Shown here piece by piece: positions 1-7,570 of a DNA stretch of 28,410 nt. The notes under the pieces are model-generated. The model made no database searches, was not told the origin of the DNA, and saw nothing but the letters and a program-made list of their open reading frames with translations. The translations under genes were made by a program, and so were the position numbers. Source of the DNA: Acidobacteriota bacterium (GTDB lineage Bacteria > Acidobacteriota > CAIWXX01); NCBI GenBank assembly GCA_040755995.1, contig JBFMAF010000050.1, positions 1 to 28,410 on the forward strand, in the 5' to 3' direction. Position 1 is the stretch's first letter. Every line of letters begins with the position of its first letter.

Positions 1-2
1 AA

Positions 3-314
3 TGCATGGCGCCGGTTCTGCAGGACGGCGCCGTCGTCAGCGTCCGCGCATCGCGCTGGTACTGGCCCGGCGATGTGATCGCATACGTCAACGCATGCAA
101 TCAACTGCGCGTGCATCGGGTGATTGGGTACCTTCCCGGCAGGAGCGGACTCCGTTTGATTACGCAGGCCGACACATGCGAGGCTCCGGATTCGCCTGTT
201 TCCTTCGGCAGCGTGATCGGGAAGACTGGACCTGTTCCGGCCTGGAGGCGTGTTCAGGCCACTGGCCGTTTTCTTCGACTCGCCTGCCGATGGCTGTGCA
301 GGAGGATCTCCTGA
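3..314 (+). CDS. S24/S26-family (signal peptidase I/LexA-like) peptidase, RiPP-cluster type; probably 5'-truncated by the window edge
   Basis: Frame of ORF 6..314 is open to the window edge: C-MAPVLQDGAVVSV...PGDVIAY...RVHRVIG...LITQADTCEAPDSPV...VIGK. This matches the S26 pattern (S)MxPxLxxG, GD(V/I)V, HR(V/I), TxGDN, D-x-P-V, IGK. It lies next to HprK-like and PqqD genes. Confidence 0.75.
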   Translation, partial: CMAPVLQDGAVVSVRASRWYWPGDVIAYVNACNQLRVHRVIGYLPGRSGLRLITQADTCEAPDSPVSFGSVIGKTGPVPAWRRVQATGRFLRLACRWLCRRIS

Positions 315-1321
315 GCTTCGGAGAACGCTATCTGAGGAATCCCGCCGCATTTCCCGCAGGGGTCGCGGGCGAGCCGTGGGGTGACCGGTGTCTGGCTATT
401 CTGTTTGTGGGTGGTCCGTATACTTTTTCGGGACTAAACGCAGGGCAGGAACAGTCCGTCCGGCAGAATTACCAAGGGTCGCTCGCTCATGACAAGACGC
501 CTGGCGTAGAGTCACGCATTCTCAAAGCAGCCGATAGTGTGTTCCTTCGCTTCGACCTGCGCGGGTGGGTTCTGTCTTTCGACTTTGCACACGATCCGGA
601 GGCGGTGCGTGTGGCAGGCATCGATACCCTGGCACGACTCGATCTGTCTTCCAGGCTGCGGGGCGCTCTCTGGACGCCGGTTGGCGACGGCCCCGGATTC
701 GGGGGAATTTTCGAGAACTATTTGCGCGTGCTGCTAGCCTACCGGGTCATGGAATGCGGCGGCGCCCTCATTCATAGCGCTGCGGCAGCCGACAAGAATG
801 GAGGTGCCTATCTTTTTGTCGGCCAGTCCGGGGCCGGCAAGACAACGATCTCGATGTTGAGTCGTGAAGAAGGACTGACGGTCCTCCACGATGATCTCAA
901 CGTGGTTTTCCCCACGAAATCGGGGCCCATGCTCACACCTGTCCCCTTTTGGGGCGATCCGAACCTGCAGGCAGGCGAACGGCGCCCGTATCCGCTGCGC
1001 TCTATTTTCCGCCTCAGCAAGAGCGATCGGAACGGCTTGGAGCCGATGGAATTCAGCGAGACGATTGCCACTCTCCTGGCATGCTCACCGTGCGTCAACC
1101 ACGACACCTATCGGCTGGATACTCACGTCGCAAACCTGGAAGCTCTGGTGAATTCCATTCCCGGGTACCGGCTCGCCTTTTCACGGGATGGAGGATTCAG
1201 TGACTTCTGCGACAGTGTTCGATCCGGAGCGGGTGATGGAACCATCCACGATCTTCCGGCTGCGAAGCGACGTTCGATACCGCCTGTTGTTTTCCAAAGC
1301 CGTGGTCGTCCGTCAATCTAG
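290..1321 (+). CDS. HPr kinase-related P-loop protein (ScmC/HprK-related, RiPP-associated)
   Basis: LIHSAAA (HPrK-type H-x-x motif), Walker A GQSGAGKTT, LHDDLNVV di-Asp motif, P-F-W-G, YPLRSIFRL. ATG at 290 overlaps the 3' end of the peptidase. The upstream part of track ORF 2..1321 overlaps that gene and is not used. Confidence 0.8.
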   Translation: MAVQEDLLSFGERYLRNPAAFPAGVAGEPWGDRCLAILFVGGPYTFSGLNAGQEQSVRQNYQGSLAHDKTPGVESRILKAADSVFLRFDLRGWVLSFDFAHDPEAVRVAGIDTLARLDLSSRLRGALWTPVGDGPGFGGIFENYLRVLLAYRVMECGGALIHSAAAADKNGGAYLFVGQSGAGKTTISMLSREEGLTVLHDDLNVVFPTKSGPMLTPVPFWGDPNLQAGERRPYPLRSIFRLSKSDRNGLEPMEFSETIATLLACSPCVNHDTYRLDTHVANLEALVNSIPGYRLAFSRDGGFSDFCDSVRSGAGDGTIHDLPAAKRRSIPPVVFQSRGRPSI

Positions 1322-1514
1322 TCTCGAGGTGCTGGCCCTCAACGAATCGGGAGCCCGGGTGCTGGAGCTGGTGGCGTCAGGAGTCACAGCAGAAGCCCTC
1401 ATATCAACCATGTTGGAAGAATATGAGGTAAGCAGGGCAGCTCTCCAAGAGGATGTATCCAGTTTCCTTCAGGAGTTGCAGGAAGCCGGCGTAGTCGAGT
1501 CCACGACTGCGTAA
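1236..1514 (+). CDS. Stand-alone PqqD-family RiPP recognition element (RRE)
   Basis: 92 aa with LALNESGARVLELV...LEEYEVS...DVSSFLQELQEAGVV, a typical PqqD/RRE pattern. GGAG lies upstream of ATG 1236; alternative start 1188. Confidence 0.88.
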   Translation: MEPSTIFRLRSDVRYRLLFSKAVVVRQSSLEVLALNESGARVLELVASGVTAEALISTMLEEYEVSRAALQEDVSSFLQELQEAGVVESTTA

Positions 1515-1527
1515 GCGAAGACGGCCC

Positions 1528-1713
1528 TCAGGAGCTGATCGGGCCTGATGGGCATAGTCCCGGGTTGCCCTTTGCGGGTGGTGATGGCGCGCAGACTTGA
1601 GCCTGCGCCTCCAACGGCTCGCGGCTCAGAATTCGCGGCCGCTGCCATTTCTTTTTCGTTGGCCTGGTGTTCTGAGGCCTGCTCTTTTCAACTCGTGGGT
1701 CTTTGGCTCGCAT
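1528..1713 (-). CDS. Putative RiPP precursor peptide (61 aa)
   Basis: AGGAGA RBS 7 nt before the ATG. Leader motif KKKWQRPRI ([YW]xxPx[LI] RRE-binding type), then REPLEAQA and core QVCAPSPPAKGNPGLCPSGPISS. Flanked by the RRE and radical SAM genes. Confidence 0.82.
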   Translation of the reverse strand: MRAKDPRVEKSRPQNTRPTKKKWQRPRILSREPLEAQAQVCAPSPPAKGNPGLCPSGPISS

Positions 1714-2685
1714 ACTTGCGTCTCCTCAACAGCTGGTCTCGGGCGCCGCTCACATGGGGAAGCGGCATCGGCCTGCTCTCGCTCTGTACATGCTCCAGGA
1801 TTTCAGCTCTTTGCTTGGCGCCGGGATAGACGGAGAGGGGATCGTGGCTGATCCTTGTGGCCAAACCGGGGCAGAATGCAAGCAGGGGCCCCTGCGATCC
1901 GTATCGCGAAACAATCCCGGCCGCCTCGGACGTCAACCGGCGGATGCTTTGCAGTTCCGGCGAACCATCCCAGATCTCGCGAATCGATTTCCGATGAAGA
2001 TTGCCGACGCTGCGACGCCACTGCACACGCGGATACACGCTGCCGTAGGGATCCACGGCGATTCCTGAAGATCCTGCGCCGCAATGCTTGCCCGGGCCCG
2101 CCGGCGACGCTTCATCCGGGCGAGGAGCCGGGACTTGTCTTCTCTGCGGGCCGGCGCCATGATTTGCAGCGGCCTGGCCCCGCGCAAATTCAATGCGGTA
2201 GAGCCGCAGCATCCCTTCCCGCGATGGACGGATCGTGAGGGGCAAGAGATCACCGTCATCGCGAGGCGTAACTTCCGGATCGAACCGGAGCTGAACCCCA
2301 AATCCATCGGCGATTGCAGACATCTCCTCAACTTCTTCCTCATTCCACCGCGTCAACACGGAATGGAGCCTGGCGCACAGGCCGACGGACTGCATTTCGG
2401 ACAGATTCGTGATCAGCCGGGAAAAACTGCCCGGTACACGGGTCTGGCGGTCGTGGGTTTCGGCCCTTGCTCCGTGAAGGCTGACTTCCACCTGGCACGG
2501 GCCGATTTCAGTCTTGATGCGACGCAGCATCTCGCCGCAAAGCGCGTGACCGTTGGACTTGATTCGGACCACGAAGCCGAGACGGCGCGCGGCGACACCC
2601 AGCTCAATAAAATCTCGATGGGCCAGCGGCTCGCCGCCGGCCAGTCGTCGTGCAAGGATTGTGAATCATACGCTGGTCTCGTCAT
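1688..2685 (-). pseudogene. Radical SAM/SPASM maturase, disrupted (no CxxxCxxC, start out of frame, SPASM Cys lost)
   Basis: The frame of ORF 1688..2572 extends upstream as stop-FTILARRLAGGEPLAHRDF...VVRIKSNGH. It then has VEVSLHGARAETHDRQTRVPGSF and SPASM-like CGAG...AVDPYGSVYP(R)VQW...GNL...SIREIW...FCPG. The RBS-led ATG at 2685 (MTRPAY) is in another frame, and no CxxxCxxC is encoded between it and GGEP. Confidence 0.78.
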
Positions 2686-2731
2686 CGCTGACCCCTCTTG
2701 AGATCGTCGCAAGACCGGAACCGAGGCGACA

Positions 2732-4708
2732 CTACTGGACGCCACCAATCTTGAAGACGCCGGATCCGTAGGTACCGGCGTAGACCACAAGCGGATTCGA
2801 AGGATCGATCGCCAGGGTCCTGACGATCTTGTTCGTCAGCCCAGCGTTCAGGGCCTTCCATGTACTTCCCCCGTTCGTGCTCTTGAACACGCCAGCGCCC
2901 CCGGTGCCGATGTAGAGAGTGCGGGGTGCCGTGGGATCGACGGCGATTGAATCGATATTACGCGAGGCGCTGCTGTTCAAGCCGCTGCTCATGCGTGTCC
3001 AGGACGTCCCTCCGTTCGTGCTCTTGAATACTCCCGAGTCGGTCGTCCCGGCGTAGAGAGTGCCTACAGTCGTCGAGTCGACCGAAAGGGTCCGCACCTT
3101 GAGAGAGGTCAAGCCGCCGTTCATGAGATCCCAGCTATCGCCACCGTTTGTGCTCTTGAAGGCGCCGATGTTGTAGACTGCGGCGTATATAGTGCTCGGG
3201 ACGGCGGGGTCGATCGCCAGAGCCATGATCTGGGTCATGCCGTCGCCGGATTTCGCCCATCGAGCACCGCCGTTAGTGCTCTTGAAGACGCCGGAGAAAT
3301 CGACAATAGCATACAGGGTGTCCGGGTTGAGAGGATCGATCGCAAGATCATTCACCCAACAGAGAGCACCCAGGCCGTTGCTCGCTCTTTTCCACTTCTC
3401 TCCGCCGTTCGTGCTCTTGTAGATGCCTGCACCCGAGGTACCCGCATAGAGGGTCGATGGTGTGGAAGGATCGATGACCAGAGAAAGGACCTTCTGTGAA
3501 AAACTTTTCTTCAGGCCACTATTCATCGGCAACCAGGTCCCACCCGCATCCGTGCTCTTGTGCACACCACCGTGGTCGGTCCCCACGTACACTGTGCCCG
3601 GGGAGACGGGGTCGATCGCGAGGGCCTCGACATAAGACGCGATCAGTCCCGTGTTCCTGACCCCCCACGTCGAGCCGCTGTCGGTGCTCGCGAACACCCC
3701 GCCTTCGGTTCCCGCATAGAGGTTCCCGGGGGCGGCCGGGTCAAAGGCGATGTCGTGAGTGGGAAGCGTATCGAGACCAGCGTGGGCCTTTGCCCACTGA
3801 CTCCCGCCATTCGTGCTTCGCAGGATCCCCTGCTCCGTCCCAACGTAGACCGTGTTCGGATCCGTGGGGTGAACTACCACGCAGTACCCATTGACACGGT
3901 AGGAATAGCTGGTGGCGGTCCAACTGCTTCCGCCATTGTTGGTCTTGAACACGCCTGTCAAGGTGATCACGTAGAGCTGGGTCGGGGAGCTGGCGGCGAT
4001 TCCAAGAGCCCGAGTATTATCCAGTCCGGTGAGGCCAGTGTTGGCAGCCTCCCACGAATCACCGCCGCCGGTGGTCCTGTAGACGCCACCGTCGGCAAGC
4101 ATGGCGTAGACAGTGGCGGGGCTTGTTGACGTGATCACCAGATCGCGGACTAGCCGCTCCTCAGGCAGCCCAGTGTTGAAAGCTTGCCAGGTGGCACCGC
4201 CGTCGGTGCTCGCGAACACGCCCGCGTACTCGGCCGCCGCGTACAGGACTGTCGGCGTGACCGGATCGGCGACAACTCTCCAGATGTCCAAGGTCGCCAG
4301 TCCGCTGTTGCTCGCCTTCCAATGGGCACCTCCGTCGGTGCTCTTGAATACTCCCTTGCCCGTCACCGCGGCGTAGAGGGTGCCGGGATTTCCGGGGACC
4401 GGGGTCACTCTGTAAACGAAGCCATTACTCATGCCGCGGTTTGCGCTCGCCCAGCTTGCACCACCATCCGTGCTCTTAAACAAGCCCCCACTGCCCGCGC
4501 TGGCGTAAAGCGTCCTGGTGTTCGCAGGGTCGACCGCAATGTCAAGGATGTACCCGCTTTCCGGACCGATCTGCTTCCATCGCACCGCGCCCGACCGTAA
4601 CGGCGCCGGATCTCGCTCCGACCTCACAGCGCTCTGCATCGACTCGGAACCTGCCTGGAACCACACGCCCAGGAGCGCCGGAAGGAGCATGTACGTTCGT
4701 ACTCTCAT
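2732..4708 (-). CDS. Secreted BNR/Asp-box repeat beta-propeller protein (GH74/VPS10/Ycf48-like fold)
   Basis: N-terminal signal-like segment. About 13 S-T-[DN]-G-G-x-x-W Asp-box repeats alternate with LAIDPxxPxTLYAGT. GGAGG lies 7 nt before ATG 4708; GTG 4711 is an alternative start. Confidence 0.88.
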   Translation of the reverse strand: MRVRTYMLLPALLGVWFQAGSESMQSAVRSERDPAPLRSGAVRWKQIGPESGYILDIAVDPANTRTLYASAGSGGLFKSTDGGASWASANRGMSNGFVYRVTPVPGNPGTLYAAVTGKGVFKSTDGGAHWKASNSGLATLDIWRVVADPVTPTVLYAAAEYAGVFASTDGGATWQAFNTGLPEERLVRDLVITSTSPATVYAMLADGGVYRTTGGGDSWEAANTGLTGLDNTRALGIAASSPTQLYVITLTGVFKTNNGGSSWTATSYSYRVNGYCVVVHPTDPNTVYVGTEQGILRSTNGGSQWAKAHAGLDTLPTHDIAFDPAAPGNLYAGTEGGVFASTDSGSTWGVRNTGLIASYVEALAIDPVSPGTVYVGTDHGGVHKSTDAGGTWLPMNSGLKKSFSQKVLSLVIDPSTPSTLYAGTSGAGIYKSTNGGEKWKRASNGLGALCWVNDLAIDPLNPDTLYAIVDFSGVFKSTNGGARWAKSGDGMTQIMALAIDPAVPSTIYAAVYNIGAFKSTNGGDSWDLMNGGLTSLKVRTLSVDSTTVGTLYAGTTDSGVFKSTNGGTSWTRMSSGLNSSASRNIDSIAVDPTAPRTLYIGTGGAGVFKSTNGGSTWKALNAGLTNKIVRTLAIDPSNPLVVYAGTYGSGVFKIGGVQ

Positions 4709-4729
4709 CACACGACCTCCTTGAAACCC

Positions 4730-4993
4730 TCAATCCCCGAGCGGCCCGCCGCCGTACTGCGCATGTATGATCACGCCTCTCCGCCCAACACGAGGAGCCC
4801 ACACGGCGTCGGCAGCCTTGTATCCCACGAGCACATAGCCGCCATCGGGCGTCTGTTCTATCGATTCGCAAAGGTAGTCTGCGGAAGGCTCTCCGATGAG
4901 CTCCGCCCACCGTGCTGCACCGCGCGCCTCACCGAGAGCCAGCAGAAAGAACGCGACAACGAGCGCAAGGGTCGGAAGTTTGTTGGCATGCAT
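4730..4993 (-). pseudogene. Truncated secreted beta-propeller protein, fragmentary paralogue of 5014..7137
   Basis: Good RBS (GGAGGAG) and signal peptide ending ARG-A. One repeat SIEQTPDGGYVLVGY resembles DIQQTSDGGYIATGY in the upstream gene; the sequence then degenerates and stops at 87 aa. Confidence 0.55.
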
Positions 4994-5013
4994 GAGTTAT
5001 CTCCTCCAGTCGC

Positions 5014-7137
5014 TCATTTCACTTCGAAGCTCACACTGTTGCTCTTCTTGTTCTTAGCCACAAGCACGTAGACGCCCACGATCTGACCCTTCTTGAGTTT
5101 CCTCGGGACGGTCACCTTCAGGCTGGTTGTCCTTGCCCGTGTCACCCTGGCCTTGCGGGCGCCGAAGTAGACGACGTTGTTGGCAGCGGACTTATCGAAG
5201 CCCGCGCCACGGATTGTCGCGCTGCTCCCCGGTTTCCCGCTCCCCGGCCTGATGGACGAAATCTCCGGGCACCCCGCGCAAGTCATCGCGGCGACGAGGG
5301 CGTAGGACTGCATGCCCGTACATCCCGTCGCATCGGTGGCCGTGATTTCGATCGGGAAACTGCCGGTCTCGGCTGGAGCGCCGGAGAAGGAGCCCGCGAT
5401 GGAAAGCGAGAGGCCGTGGGGAAGAGTGCCCGAGGTGAGCGAGTAGGTATACGGCGCGGTTCCGCCGGCGGCGTCAAGTGAGGTCGAGTAGACCTCGTTC
5501 AGAACGGCCTGGGGCAACGCTGCCGGGAGGAGCGTGATCGATGGGCACGGCCCGGTCGACACATGGATGATGAAATCGACGGTCGCCGTGTACCCGTCGG
5601 CATCGGTGGAACGAAGTGTGAATGAGTAACTGCCGCCGGCCGTCGGCGTGCCTGAGATGAGATTGGCCGCCAGTCCGATTCCCGGTGGCAATGATCCCGA
5701 TTCGATCTGATAGACGTACGGGGCGACGCCCCCCGCCGAGGACAGTGCGATGGAGTAGGGAATGCCGAACTGTGCCCCCGGCAGGGAGGCGGGAGAGATG
5801 ACGATCGGCGAGCTGCAGAGCAAATAGTTGGGGGCTTCTGCCGCCGCCCCGGTCGACAGCGAGGTCACGCCCGATGGGGGCGTCTTCAGCGTGAGGACCG
5901 CGCTGACAGCGAGCGACGTCGTTGCGGTGTACCCTGCATCCGCATCGAGGAGCGGGCCGCAACCTGAGTCGATCGAGCCGAAGAGGTTCGTCCGCATCAC
6001 CTGTGCGTCGATATCCGAGTCCGCGGGGAAGGATCTCCCTCCCAGGTAGTAGCCGGACTTGCCCGCTCGATCCACACTCAGGAAGGCCTCGGCGCTGGAA
6101 TACCCCCCGAGCGTGCTCTTCTTCTGCCAGATGATGGACCCGCCTTTGCCGATCTTGGCGAACCAGGCCCTGTAATTGCCATCATAGGTCGTGCCTCCGA
6201 TCACCCAGTTGCCATCCACGGTCGCGACGGCACCGAGTGCATCCCAGGATCCGGAGTAGACAGTCTGCCAGCTGATCGTGCCGGTGGAGGTCAGTTTGAG
6301 ACACCACGCGTCGTGCGACCCATAAGAGTTGGATCTCCCCCCAACCAGGAACCCGCCGTCTGCCGCGCTTCGCACGAAGTTGAAACTCTCGGAGAGCCCG
6401 CCGCCGTAGATCTTCATCCAGGTCACCGTTCCCGCTGCATTGGCTTTGAGACAGAATCCTCTGGCGTAGGAACCGGATCCGAAGGAGTAGGTTGAGCCGG
6501 CAATGATGAAGCCGCCGTCGGCGGTCAGGTCTACGTCACTCGCCCACTCGTCCTTGCTCCCGCCGTAGACAACCGCCCAGAGTGGAACTCCGTTGGCATC
6601 GAGTCTGAGATATCCGATATCGAAGTTGTCAGCGCCCTCCAGGATCACCCAGCCTGCCACGATGTATCCGCCATCCCCCACCTGGCGGACTGCCTTTCCC
6701 TCGCCGCGGCACGATCCCCCATACCGTTTGTTCCAGACCTCGTTGCCAGCGCTGTCCAGCTTCAGGCACCAGACTCGGTCCTCGTCGGAGACATTTGAAT
6801 ACCCCGTGGCGATGTATCCGCCGTCAGAGGTCTGCTGGATGTCATAGATGACCTCATCCTCGTCCGCCAGACCAAACCGTCTCTGCCACTCGGTGTCACC
6901 CGAGGCGTTCAGCTTGACCACCCAGCCGTCTGAAGACGTTCCCAGGTCGTAGTAGCCGGCGAAAGCGAACCCGCCGTCGCTCGTTGCGACGCCGGCATCG
7001 AGCTCATCGTAGGGCGCGGCGCCGCTCCTGCCGAGTGTGCGCAACCACTGCGCACCCGCGCCGACCTCAGCCGCGAGGCCGAGCAGGAGCGTCGTGGATA
7101 CTGCGGCCAAGCAGAGGCCCAGAGCAATTCGTTTCAT
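5014..7137 (-). CDS. Secreted protein: DGGY-repeat beta-propeller + two putative Ig (He_PIG-like) domains + C-terminal basic IPT/TIG domain
   Basis: GAGGAGG RBS before ATG 7137 and signal peptide. Repeats T-x-DGG-[YF]-I-x-x-G / W-x-x-KL-[DN]-x-x-G-x-x-x-W. Two GGxAPY...SGxLPxG units. Terminal PEISSIRPGSGKPGSSATIRGAGF...VYFG...LKVTVP domain. Confidence 0.88.
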   Translation of the reverse strand: MKRIALGLCLAAVSTTLLLGLAAEVGAGAQWLRTLGRSGAAPYDELDAGVATSDGGFAFAGYYDLGTSSDGWVVKLNASGDTEWQRRFGLADEDEVIYDIQQTSDGGYIATGYSNVSDEDRVWCLKLDSAGNEVWNKRYGGSCRGEGKAVRQVGDGGYIVAGWVILEGADNFDIGYLRLDANGVPLWAVVYGGSKDEWASDVDLTADGGFIIAGSTYSFGSGSYARGFCLKANAAGTVTWMKIYGGGLSESFNFVRSAADGGFLVGGRSNSYGSHDAWCLKLTSTGTISWQTVYSGSWDALGAVATVDGNWVIGGTTYDGNYRAWFAKIGKGGSIIWQKKSTLGGYSSAEAFLSVDRAGKSGYYLGGRSFPADSDIDAQVMRTNLFGSIDSGCGPLLDADAGYTATTSLAVSAVLTLKTPPSGVTSLSTGAAAEAPNYLLCSSPIVISPASLPGAQFGIPYSIALSSAGGVAPYVYQIESGSLPPGIGLAANLISGTPTAGGSYSFTLRSTDADGYTATVDFIIHVSTGPCPSITLLPAALPQAVLNEVYSTSLDAAGGTAPYTYSLTSGTLPHGLSLSIAGSFSGAPAETGSFPIEITATDATGCTGMQSYALVAAMTCAGCPEISSIRPGSGKPGSSATIRGAGFDKSAANNVVYFGARKARVTRARTTSLKVTVPRKLKKGQIVGVYVLVAKNKKSNSVSFEVK

Positions 7138-7160
7138 GAATGCCTCCTCACTATCCGTTT

Positions 7161-7176
7161 CGCACAAACCGTGCCA
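7161..7176 (-). promoter_or_regulatory. Sigma54 (-24/-12) promoter candidate for the 7137->1528 gene run
   Basis: Minus strand reads TGGCACGGTTTGTGCG = TGGCAC with GG-N10-GC spacing. Predicted +1 near 7150, just before the RBS of the 7137 gene. Confidence 0.65.
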
Positions 7177-7570
7177 GTCCCTCTGATGCCTCAATTAGGC
7201 CGTCTGTCAGTGAATTGTGGCTGCGGGTGATCGAGGGATGGGTACGCCGGTACATCGTCTAGGTCGCGGGAGGTGTTGCGCGAGGCGCCGAAAGCCGTTC
7301 GGACCAAGCAGAAACAAGGCGAGTACCAGAGTTCGCAACAGCTGAGGACTGCCGTTCCCATCCAGAACTCGGTTCCAGGAAGCAGCACCCGCTACCCAGT
7401 CCGCACGGCGCCTGTCCACTGGTGGCGGTGTCAGGGCTGAGCAGCAGAGCGAGGGCGGGGGTCTGGGCTATAAGAAGTTGCTTTTCCGATCGAACAACGG
7501 GAATACTACTGAAGTAGTAGCTCCGGCATGCAGACAGAGGCAGAGAGACCCATCCTCCTTCCCCGCGGAC

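Noticed and set aside
2..289. N-terminal extension of track ORF 2..1321
   Set aside because: It overlaps the S26-like peptidase in another frame; kinase-like sequence begins at ATG 290.
1528..1713. Lasso peptide precursor (WxxPxI leader, HPr kinase, RRE)
   Set aside because: No asparagine-synthetase-like cyclase or transglutaminase-like B2 protein in the window. The core has no Asp/Glu for a macrolactam and no Thr at -2. Genes outside the window cannot be excluded.
2760..4480. Recurrent GTGCTCTTGAA-like DNA repeats at ~130-nt spacing, superficially array-like
   Set aside because: They are the codons of the F-K-S-T Asp-box protein repeats inside a CDS, not a CRISPR or non-coding array.
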